Source of the DNA: a virus
Lineage: Duplodnaviria; Caudoviricetes
Virus record (IMG/VR): IMGVR_UViG_3300020281_000083
Span: 1 to 32,986 of that record
Length of the DNA stretch: 32,986 nucleotides
Reading direction: 5' to 3' (one strand)
Part shown: positions 25,204 through 32,986 of the stretch, one piece after another
Layout: each line of letters begins with the position of its first letter
Position numbering within the stretch: position 1 is the first letter of the stretch
Position numbers and translations under genes: made by a program
Notes under the pieces: generated by a model
Seen by the model: only the letters and a program-made list of their open reading frames with translations
What the model was told of the DNA's origin: nothing
Databases searched by the model: none

Positions 25204-26591
25204 TGAGCACAATTAAAGTAAATAAAATAGAAAAGAGAACAGGATCCACACTTACATTAGGTGGCGCTTGTACAGCTGTAACTTTAGCTTGTGGTGCTAC
25301 ACAAACAGGATTTGGTAGAACAGGGACTGTAGACTGGTGTACGACAGCTAAAACATCTCCGTTTACTGCAACTAGTGGTGATGGGTTTTTTGTAAATACA
25401 ACTGGCGGTGCAATTACAGTAACACTACCTGCTTCACCTTCAGCGGGAGATATTGTAGCTGTAAAAGATTATACTGGAACAGCAGGTTGTAATGCAATAA
25501 CTATTGGCAGGAATGGTTCTAAAATTAGAGGCGCTTGTTCATGTGCTACAATTGATAAAAATAATGCAGGAGCACAACTCATCTATGTTGATGGCACAGA
25601 AGGTTGGCAAATTTTTCATTGTGGTTCTGATGATGACTCATCAGCAACTTACATACAGGCAACTGGTGGAACAGTAACAACCTCTGGTAATTTTAAAATT
25701 CATAGTTTTACCGGAGATGGCACTTTTGCGGTAAGTTCAGTTGGAAATTCAAAAGGCGGTGGAGACAAAGTTTCATATGCAGTAGTTGGTGGCGGCGGAG
25801 GTGGTTCAAGAGCATCAGGTGGTGGCGGTGGAGCTGGTGGATTTAGAGAAGGTAAATGCACATCAGACCCTTATACAGCAAGCCCATTAGATGCTGGTGA
25901 GGGTTTACAAGTTTCAGCTACAAGTTTTCCAATAACAGTTGGAGGAGCAGGAGCTGCAAGTCCTAACTGTGATTCAACAGGAGGAAGTGGAGGTACTTCA
26001 ACTTTTTCTTCAATAACTTCTGCTGGTGGTGGTGGCGGTAACATGAATGCTACAAATCCACCTGTATCACCTATTCCAGGTCATGGAATACCTGGAGGTT
26101 CAGGCGGAGGAGGAGGTATGGGAGCAGCGGTAGGACCTAATAGACCAGTTTCAGGTGGATCTGGGAATATTCCTCCCGTAAGTCCCCCTCAAGGAAATAA
26201 TGGTGGTGGAGGTTCGGCAGCTGATAATACAGGTGGTGGTGGCGGTGGTGGAGCCACAGCAGCAGGAGCAATCGGTGGTCCAGGAGCACCAAGTCCAGCA
26301 ACTTGTGCAGTAGGTGGTAATGGTGGTGCTGGAGCAACCACAGTTATTACAGGTTCACCAGTAGCTTATGCAGGTGGTGGAGGCGGTGGTAGCGGAAATA
26401 GACCAAATGGTTCAACAGGTGGAACTGGTGGTGGAGGAAATGGTGCTTTTGGTCCAGGCGCTAATAACGCAACTGCAGGAGGAACTAACACAGGTGGTGG
26501 TGGAGGTGGCGGTGGTTATTGTAGTTCATCTTTAGGTCAAGCCGCAGGTGGATCAGGAATAGTTATTATAAGGTATAAGTTCCAAAATTAA
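25203..26591 (+). CDS. Glycine-rich tail fibre / receptor-binding protein, paralog 3
   Basis: Same architecture, ending GSGIVIIRYKFQN. Confidence 0.8.
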   Translation: MSTIKVNKIEKRTGSTLTLGGACTAVTLACGATQTGFGRTGTVDWCTTAKTSPFTATSGDGFFVNTTGGAITVTLPASPSAGDIVAVKDYTGTAGCNAITIGRNGSKIRGACSCATIDKNNAGAQLIYVDGTEGWQIFHCGSDDDSSATYIQATGGTVTTSGNFKIHSFTGDGTFAVSSVGNSKGGGDKVSYAVVGGGGGGSRASGGGGGAGGFREGKCTSDPYTASPLDAGEGLQVSATSFPITVGGAGAASPNCDSTGGSGGTSTFSSITSAGGGGGNMNATNPPVSPIPGHGIPGGSGGGGGMGAAVGPNRPVSGGSGNIPPVSPPQGNNGGGGSAADNTGGGGGGGATAAGAIGGPGAPSPATCAVGGNGGAGATTVITGSPVAYAGGGGGGSGNRPNGSTGGTGGGGNGAFGPGANNATAGGTNTGGGGGGGGYCSSSLGQAAGGSGIVIIRYKFQN

Positions 26592-26633
26592 TGATTTTAC
26601 ATAAATTAAAAAATATAATATAAGGAGAATATT

Positions 26634-27056
26634 ATGGCACATTTTGCAAAACTAGGAATAAACAGTAAAGTTATTGGAGTTCACGTGGTGGACAACGAAA
26701 ACTTACACAATGCTGATGGTGTTGAAGAAGAGGAAATAGGCAGACAATATTTAGAAAGAATTCATCACTGGCCTCTTTGGAAACAAACATCTTACAACAC
26801 TAGAGCTAATAAACATTCATCTGGTGATGACTCTAAAGCATTTAGAGGAAATTATGCTGGTATAGGTTTTATTTATGATGAAGACCTTGATATTTTCTTA
26901 CCACCAAAACCTCATCCAAGCTGGGTAGTTAATACAGCGGAAGCAAGATGGCAGTCACCAGTAGGTGATCCACCTGCTTTAGAAGAATCAGAAATGCTTA
27001 CTCATGAATATCAGTGGGATGAAGACAACGGGAGTTGGAATAAAGTAGAAAGATAA
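26634..27056 (+). CDS. Fibre-associated hypothetical protein (possible assembly chaperone)
   Basis: MAHFAKL...WKQTSYN...FRGNYAGIG...PKPHPSW...YQWDE. TAAGGAG RBS. Confidence 0.7.
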   Translation: MAHFAKLGINSKVIGVHVVDNENLHNADGVEEEEIGRQYLERIHHWPLWKQTSYNTRANKHSSGDDSKAFRGNYAGIGFIYDEDLDIFLPPKPHPSWVVNTAEARWQSPVGDPPALEESEMLTHEYQWDEDNGSWNKVER

Positions 27057-27059
27057 TTT

Positions 27060-27611
27060 ATGCAGAAGGTGGTGCTGTCAGAGATTAGTCTCATTCACGG
27101 AGAAGTTAAAACTCCAAAAGGTTTTGAAATAGATCGAATAAAATTAAAAGACAATATCATTTCATCTTTTATAAAAGAAAATAGAGTTAGTAAAAATAAT
27201 AAAGATTACTCTTATCAAGATTATCAATTATCTTTTTCTCAACCTTTACAATGGTTAAAAGATTACATCAGAGACCATTTTAAAGCAGAGTATAGTTTTC
27301 AATTAGTTGATAAATTAGATTTTGGAGTAATATTAAATCCAAAAGAAAAATCATTTTTAAGAAATCATGTTGATCCTGTGGACCTAAGACATTCACCAGA
27401 CTACACATGTATTTATGTTGTAGAGAGTGAAAAAGATTCTTGTGAACTTATTATTGAATATGATGATAATAGAAGAAAAGGTAGAACTTGGCATGTTCCT
27501 CTTCAAAATAATTTTTTTTACATATTTCCTGCTACACAAAAATATTTTATATCTGAGAATAAATCAAAAAAGATTAACATTTTTTTAACATCAACTTATG
27601 AATTTATCTAA
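27060..27611 (+). CDS. 2OG-Fe(II) oxygenase-fold protein, possibly degenerate
   Basis: HVD motif and the YTCIYVV and FYIFPA strands. The expected distal His is not evident (FPATQKYFI). Confidence 0.55.
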   Translation: MQKVVLSEISLIHGEVKTPKGFEIDRIKLKDNIISSFIKENRVSKNNKDYSYQDYQLSFSQPLQWLKDYIRDHFKAEYSFQLVDKLDFGVILNPKEKSFLRNHVDPVDLRHSPDYTCIYVVESEKDSCELIIEYDDNRRKGRTWHVPLQNNFFYIFPATQKYFISENKSKKINIFLTSTYEFI

Positions 27612-28242
27612 TTATTATTGGTACTTTAAATCTGCTATACCTGAGAGAATTTGCGATATGATTGTGCAATATGGTAAAGCAGAAAAAGAAAAAGAAATAC
27701 AGGCCATCACAGGTGGGTTTGGTAGAGATAGAGATTTAAAAAAACATCCTTTAACAAAGAGTGAAATTAAAGACGTAAAGAAAAAAAGAAATTCAAATAT
27801 TGTTTGGATGAATGATAGATGGATATATAAAGAAATACACCCTTACGTTCATCAAGCTAATGCAAATGCAGGTTGGAATTTTGAATGGGATTATTCTGAA
27901 TCTTGTCAATTTACGATATATAAAAAAGGTCAATACTATGATTGGCATTGTGATAGTTGGGATAAACCTTACCCTCATGAAGGAGAAATGAAGGGAAAAA
28001 TTAGAAAGTTATCTGTTACAGTGACACTTACAGATCCAAAGAAATACAAAGGTGGTGAGTTAGAGTTTGATTTTAGAAACTTAGACCCTGATAAAAAAAG
28101 AAATACGGTAACTTGTGACGAAATACTACCAAAAGGCTCGTTGGTTGTATTTCCATCTTTTGTATGGCATCGAGTTAAACCAGTAACAAAAGGAGAAAGG
28201 AATAGTCTAGTTATATGGAATTTAGGCTACCCATTTAAATAA
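27598..28242 (+). CDS. 2OG-Fe(II) oxygenase (prolyl-4-hydroxylase/PKHD-like)
   Basis: YDWHCD, RKLSVTV, YKGGEL, VFPSFVWHRVKPV, ERNSLVIW: a full HxD...H...R set. Confidence 0.9.
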   Translation: MNLSNYYWYFKSAIPERICDMIVQYGKAEKEKEIQAITGGFGRDRDLKKHPLTKSEIKDVKKKRNSNIVWMNDRWIYKEIHPYVHQANANAGWNFEWDYSESCQFTIYKKGQYYDWHCDSWDKPYPHEGEMKGKIRKLSVTVTLTDPKKYKGGELEFDFRNLDPDKKRNTVTCDEILPKGSLVVFPSFVWHRVKPVTKGERNSLVIWNLGYPFK

Positions 28243-28243
28243 T

Positions 28244-28963
28244 ATGGAACAAGGCGGAAGTAATAAAACTAAGGGACACGTAAATTTTCAATCTGGATTT
28301 TATTTTCAAACACCAGTTTGGACGGCAGAAGCACCAATGTTTTTAAAAAATACAATTAAAATAACGGATCAATATATTAAGAAAGCTAAAAAACTTCTTA
28401 AAGATAAACAAAAAAATGATCCTAAATGGAAAAAAGAGTTAGGTTCATTTGGTTTATCTTATCATAGTGAAAGTTTTTCTAATGATCCTAAAGTTCAAGA
28501 GCTAGTTCAGTTTATAGGTCAAAGATCTTATGAGTTTTTAGATTGGCAAGGTTTTGATTTAAGAAATCATAGTTTACATTTTACAGAATTTTGGGTGCAA
28601 GAGTTTAGTGAAAAAGGTGGTGGTCACCACTCCACACACATGCATTGGAACCAACACGTATCAGGTTTTTATTTTTTAAAATGTAGTGAAAAAACATCTT
28701 TTCCTATTTTACATGAACCAAGACATGGCGCAGAGATGACAAAGCTGCCTACAAAAGATCAATCTAAAATAACATTGGGCAGTAGTCAGGTTCATTTTAA
28801 ACCTAAACCAGGAACAATAATTATGTTTCCAGGTTATGTCCCTCATGAGTTTGCAGTGGATCCAGGTCTAGAACCATTTAGATTTATTCATTGGAATATT
28901 AAAGCTGTTGAAACATCAATATCAAAAGAAAGGAGTATTAAAGATGACCTTCAAAAAAAATAA
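28244..28963 (+). CDS. 2OG-Fe(II) oxygenase-like protein (HxH type)
   Basis: HSTHMHWNQHVSGFYFL...MFPGYVPHEF...FRFIHWN. Confidence 0.8.
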   Translation: MEQGGSNKTKGHVNFQSGFYFQTPVWTAEAPMFLKNTIKITDQYIKKAKKLLKDKQKNDPKWKKELGSFGLSYHSESFSNDPKVQELVQFIGQRSYEFLDWQGFDLRNHSLHFTEFWVQEFSEKGGGHHSTHMHWNQHVSGFYFLKCSEKTSFPILHEPRHGAEMTKLPTKDQSKITLGSSQVHFKPKPGTIIMFPGYVPHEFAVDPGLEPFRFIHWNIKAVETSISKERSIKDDLQKK

Positions 28964-29597
28964 ATATGTTGTAATTAAAGAAGCTGTGCCTAAAGATATA
29001 GCTGAATTTGTTTACAATTACTTTTTACTTAAAAGAACTGTTGCAAGAACTTTGTTCGATCAAAGATACATTTCAAAATTTACAGAAGAATGGGGAACCT
29101 GGGCAGACTCACAAGTTCCAAATACATATTCGCATTATGCAGACGTGGCTATGGAAACTTTGTTAATGAGAACTTTGCCTATTATGGAGAAGAAAACAGG
29201 GTTGAAGTTAAATCCAACATATTCTTACGCTAGAATATATAAATCAGGTGATATTTTACACAGACACAAAGACAGATTTAGTTGTGAGATATCTACAACA
29301 TTAAATCTAGGTGGTGATCCTTGGCCGATACATTTAGAGCCAAAGAAAAATGTGGGTATACCTGATGGTAAAAAGATAACTGTATCTAGTCAAAACAAGG
29401 GTATAACTGTTAATTTAAAACCTGGTGATATGCTTGTCTATAGAGGCATGGAACTAGAACATTGGAGAGAAGAGTTTCAAGGAGATAATTGTGCCCAAGT
29501 ATTTTTACACTATAACGACCAAAAATCTGAGAATGCTGATCAAAATGTAAATGATCGAAGACCGCATTTAGGGCTACCCTCGTGGTTTAAAAAGTGA
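28944..29597 (+). CDS. 2OG-Fe(II) oxygenase-like protein, start revised to ATG 28944
   Basis: AAGGAG RBS. YARIY...LHRHKDRFSCEISTTL...GDMLVYRG.ELEHWRE...QVFLHY. Confidence 0.8.
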   Translation: MTFKKNKYVVIKEAVPKDIAEFVYNYFLLKRTVARTLFDQRYISKFTEEWGTWADSQVPNTYSHYADVAMETLLMRTLPIMEKKTGLKLNPTYSYARIYKSGDILHRHKDRFSCEISTTLNLGGDPWPIHLEPKKNVGIPDGKKITVSSQNKGITVNLKPGDMLVYRGMELEHWREEFQGDNCAQVFLHYNDQKSENADQNVNDRRPHLGLPSWFKK

Positions 29598-29611
29598 TAT
29601 ATCCTTATACT

Positions 29612-29648
29612 GGAGAGAGTGTCACCACCATAACACCACACTCTCTCC
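29612..29648. other. Intergenic perfect 11-bp stem with 15-nt C/A-rich loop
   Basis: GGAGAGAGTGT-CACCACCATAACACC-ACACTCTCTCC. Confidence 0.7.
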
Positions 29649-29664
29649 TGTTTAAGGATAAATT

Positions 29665-30111
29665 ATGTTAGGACTAAGTGCATTTTCAGAGTTTCCATTT
29701 GCTACAGCAGGTGAAGATAGAAACGTAACTATTACAGTTACTAAGACATCGTTAACATTAACGATAGGTAGTATAGGTATTGCAGCTGATGCGATTACAG
29801 AGGATGCTACAGCAAACCCATTAACACTTGGTTTTGGTACACTATCTATAACTGGAGAAGCTAATTTAAGCCCTACAGGTAGCCCACTAACCCTGGCTAC
29901 TGGAACAGCCACAGTTTCAGCAGATGCCAATATGTCGGTCTCTGGAAACGCATTGACTATGGCTACAGGTACTGTTACAGTAACGGCAGCAGCAAATGTA
30001 GACGTTACTGGTAGTGGATTAACGCTAGCTACAAAGGACGCTACGGCGATAACATGGAGTGCAGTAGTGCCAGGCGCAACTATGGTCTGGACACCAATAG
30101 AACCTTATTAA
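29665..30111 (+). CDS. Putative virion protein with Thr/Gly/Ala-rich beta repeats
   Basis: MLGLSAFSEFPFA start and repeated TGxxLTLATGTxTVxAxAN units. Confidence 0.75.
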   Translation: MLGLSAFSEFPFATAGEDRNVTITVTKTSLTLTIGSIGIAADAITEDATANPLTLGFGTLSITGEANLSPTGSPLTLATGTATVSADANMSVSGNALTMATGTVTVTAAANVDVTGSGLTLATKDATAITWSAVVPGATMVWTPIEPY

Positions 30112-30112
30112 T

Positions 30113-30841
30113 ATGGCATCAAGTTTTTCTACAGATACAAAATTAGAACTTATAGCAACCGGTGAAAAAGCTGGTCTATGGGGAACAATAACAAATACAA
30201 ACTTACAAATTTTAGAACAATCAGCCACAGGATATTTAAGTCAATCTATGGCCTCTGGAGATGTTACACTTACTTTAACTAATGGTGCAACTTCTGATGG
30301 TAAAAACGCTTTTTATGAATTAACTGGAACTTTGACTGGAAATAGAACTTTAACCATGCCTAGCGGTGCAGAAAGATCTATTATTGTCAAAGACTCTACA
30401 ACTAGAGGGAGTGGTTCTACACTTTTTTCTTTATCTGTTGCTACAGCTAGTGGGACTAGTGTTCCTATACCAATAGGTGCATCTGTTGCAGTTGTGTCAG
30501 ACGGCACAAACATGAAACTAGGGTTATTATCAAAAGGTTATGGAACTGTAGACTCAGCTTCTGTAACTTCGTATACAGCTGTTGCTGGTGATCAACTTTT
30601 AACAAACACTACAACTGCAGGTATTTCAATTACATTACCTACATCAGCTGCAACCGGAGATGAATTAACAATAGTAGATGCTCGAGGAACTTTTCAATCT
30701 AATAATTTAACGATTGCTAGAAACGGTCACAACATAAATGGATCCGGCGCTAACTTAATTTTGTCAACAAATGGTCAAGCCATAACTTTAGTGTATGTTG
30801 ATTCAACTCGTGGCTGGGCGTATAAGACAAACACAGCATAG
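30113..30841 (+). CDS. Putative tail protein with C-terminal fibre-type domain
   Basis: LELIATGEKAGLWGTITNTNL N-terminus. The C-terminal ITLPTS..GD..LVYVDSTRGW is homologous to the N-domain of the three Gly-rich fibres. Confidence 0.75.
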   Translation: MASSFSTDTKLELIATGEKAGLWGTITNTNLQILEQSATGYLSQSMASGDVTLTLTNGATSDGKNAFYELTGTLTGNRTLTMPSGAERSIIVKDSTTRGSGSTLFSLSVATASGTSVPIPIGASVAVVSDGTNMKLGLLSKGYGTVDSASVTSYTAVAGDQLLTNTTTAGISITLPTSAATGDELTIVDARGTFQSNNLTIARNGHNINGSGANLILSTNGQAITLVYVDSTRGWAYKTNTA

Positions 30842-30852
30842 GAGGATGAATT

Positions 30853-32986
30853 ATGCCTCTTACACGAGTTAAATTTTTACCTGGAATAGATAAACAAAAC
30901 ACAACTGTCGGAGCAGAAGGACGTTGGGTTGATTGTGATAATGTAAGATTTAGATATCAACTACCAGAAAAAGTAGGTGGTTGGTCTTCTTTAGTTACAG
31001 ATACTATTGTGGGCGTGGCTAGAAAAATGTTTCCGTTTGTAGATTTAGATGGAAACCGATACGTGGCCATCGGAACAGATAAACTTTTATTATTATATTT
31101 TGAGGGTCAACTCTATGATATTACACCATTAGATACTCAAATAACAAATGCAACCATACAAACATTTTCAGGATCAAGTTTAGTAACAATTACGACTAGC
31201 ACTGCTCATGGTCTAGAACCTGGTGATATTGTATTTTTAGATGACACTACGTTACCAGGCAGTAGTGGTTATTCTACATCTGATTTTGATGATAAAAAAT
31301 TTCAAGTTACAAACGTTTTAAACGCCACACAATTTCAAGTTACAGTTACAACGTCAGGCACACCAGCAAATGCTGGTCCTGGTGGTAGTATAGATATTGC
31401 ACCTTATGTTAGAATTGGTCCAGCTGCACAATCTTATGGTTATGGTTGGGGTATATCTGAGTGGCAAGGATCTGTTGCTGGTGCTGCAACATCAACTTTA
31501 AACGGTGCACTATTAAATGATACAAATGGTACAGGTGGATCTGGAACAAGTATTACATTAGCTTCAACAACAAACTTTACTTCTGCGGGTAGAATTTTAG
31601 TAGAGTCGGAATTGATATCATACGCATCTATTGCAGGTGCTGACTTACAAACTATTGTAAGAGGTGTAAACGGAACAGATAAAGCTGCTCACTCAGATGG
31701 CACAGCTGTAACAGATGCTACAAATTTTTCTGATTGGGGTGAAGCTACGGTTGCATCAACCGTGCAACTAGAACCAGGACTTTGGTCACTAGATAATTTT
31801 GGACAAGTTTTAGTAGCAACTATTGCTAATGGTAAAACATTTACTTGGGATGCAGGAGGCACATTGCCTTTAACAACAAGAGCTGCAACAACCACTTCTG
31901 GTTTTGCAACAGGAAATAATCCAACTGCAACAAGAGCTAGTTTAATATCACCAACAACAAGACACTTAATTCATCTTGGGACAGAAACAACAATAGGTGA
32001 TCCTACAACGCAAGATGATATGTTTATAAGATTTTCTGACCAAGAGGATATAAATACTTATACACCTTCTGTAACTAACGCTGCAGGAACACAAAGACTG
32101 CAAGATGGTAGTAGAATTATTGGTGCTTTGAAAGCTAAGGAAACTATTCTAATTTGGACTGACAATGCTTTGTATACCATGAAATTTGTTGGTGCTCCTT
32201 TTACATTTGGTTTTGAACAAGTAGGAACAAACTGTGGACTTATAGGTAAGAATGCTGCGGTTGAAGTAGATGGTGTTGCATATTGGATGAGTCCTAATGG
32301 TTTCTTTTTGTATGATGGTACAGTTAAAACATTAACATGTTCTGTTGAAGATTATGTGTTTGATCAATTAGATATTACAAAAGGTCAACAAGTAAACGCT
32401 GGATTAAATAATCTGTTCGGTGAAGTAACTTGGTATTATCCTACTACCTCGTCAACTTACAACAATCAATACGTTGTTTATAATTATGGTGAAAGCGCGC
32501 CTCAACTTCCTATTTGGTATATTGGATCTGAAGCTAGAACGAGTTGGATAGACGGAACAATATATCCAAAACCTTTTGGAACTAAATTTGATTCTACTGC
32601 AGAGGGTACCTTTCCTACAATAGTTGGTGTATCAGGACTAGGACAAACTACTTTATTTGAACATGAGATAGGCACGGATCAAATTAATCCTGATGGAACA
32701 ACTACAACTGTTGCGTCAAATATAAAATCATTTGATTTTGATTTAGATGTGCAAGGCACAGCAGGTCAGTTCTTTTTATTTATGAGAAGAATACTACCAG
32801 ACTTTAAAAATTTACAAGGTGACTCTAAAATCACTATGTCTGTAAAAAGGTTCCCACAGCAATCAGATAGTGCAACCACATTAAGTCCGTTTACAGTTTC
32901 ATCCTCTACAAATAAATTAGATACAAGGACTAGGGGGCGATATGCAAATATTAAAATAGAAAATGATGGTGCTAGTCAATCATGGA
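30853..32986 (+). CDS. Tail tubular B / DNA-stabilization-like virion protein, truncated at the window end (not in ORF track)
   Basis: GGAGG RBS. MPLTRVKFLPGIDKQNT...WVDCDNVRFR...PEKVGGW; later WSLDNFG, FIRFSDQED, NAAGTQRL, GTNCGLIG, EVTWYYP. The frame appears open to the end. Confidence 0.75.
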   Translation, partial: MPLTRVKFLPGIDKQNTTVGAEGRWVDCDNVRFRYQLPEKVGGWSSLVTDTIVGVARKMFPFVDLDGNRYVAIGTDKLLLLYFEGQLYDITPLDTQITNATIQTFSGSSLVTITTSTAHGLEPGDIVFLDDTTLPGSSGYSTSDFDDKKFQVTNVLNATQFQVTVTTSGTPANAGPGGSIDIAPYVRIGPAAQSYGYGWGISEWQGSVAGAATSTLNGALLNDTNGTGGSGTSITLASTTNFTSAGRILVESELISYASIAGADLQTIVRGVNGTDKAAHSDGTAVTDATNFSDWGEATVASTVQLEPGLWSLDNFGQVLVATIANGKTFTWDAGGTLPLTTRAATTTSGFATGNNPTATRASLISPTTRHLIHLGTETTIGDPTTQDDMFIRFSDQEDINTYTPSVTNAAGTQRLQDGSRIIGALKAKETILIWTDNALYTMKFVGAPFTFGFEQVGTNCGLIGKNAAVEVDGVAYWMSPNGFFLYDGTVKTLTCSVEDYVFDQLDITKGQQVNAGLNNLFGEVTWYYPTTSSTYNNQYVVYNYGESAPQLPIWYIGSEARTSWIDGTIYPKPFGTKFDSTAEGTFPTIVGVSGLGQTTLFEHEIGTDQINPDGTTTTVASNIKSFDFDLDVQGTAGQFFLFMRRILPDFKNLQGDSKITMSVKRFPQQSDSATTLSPFTVSSSTNKLDTRTRGRYANIKIENDGASQSW

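Noticed and set aside
22911-26337. Alternative-frame and antisense ORFs rich in Val, Pro or His within the fibre genes
   Set aside because: Shadows of GGT/GGA/GGC glycine codon runs.
22448-26591. Diversity-generating retroelement or invertase shufflon acting on the fibre paralogs
   Set aside because: No reverse transcriptase or recombinase in the window, no adenine-specific TR/VR pair seen, and all copies are in the same orientation.
1-32986. Stop-codon reassignment, introns/inteins in terL or portal, tRNA genes
   Set aside because: Genes tile densely under the standard code, terL has a normal length with contiguous motifs, and no cloverleaf with a T-loop consensus was seen by eye (tRNAscan would be decisive).

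Overview
A 33-kb piece of an AT-rich tailed dsDNA phage genome with podovirus-like gene content. It resembles marine SAR11/uvMED-type pelagiphages, which is an inference from protein recollection, not a search result. The left 2.3 kb is a small-gene/control region: a partial leftward Gp88-like gene, a ~260-nt cluster of stem-loops, overlapping divergent sigma70 promoters, small ORFs, and a non-coding block with repeats and three GNA-triloop hairpins. From 2375 on, everything is one rightward morphogenesis region. It encodes terminase large subunit, two modular proteins, portal, a holin-like protein, a cluster of small very basic proteins, GroES, scaffold, a capsid-associated protein, major capsid, head-tail connectors, three tandem paralogous Gly-rich fibre genes, four 2OG-Fe(II) oxygenase-like genes, more tail genes and a truncated tail tubular/stabilization gene. 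Best leads: (1) a recurrent [FYMAL]xxGG motif punctuating many head-region proteins, one copy directly before an internal twin-arginine signal-like segment; (2) a pseudoknotted leader RNA that could sequester an RBS (17057-17130); (3) the repeat-unit stem-loop array at 467-725; (4) GNA-triloop DNA hairpins with iteron-like repeats before terL; (5) a fibre plus hydroxylase cassette. No tRNA, rRNA, CRISPR array or integrase was seen. All family assignments come from motif recognition by eye.
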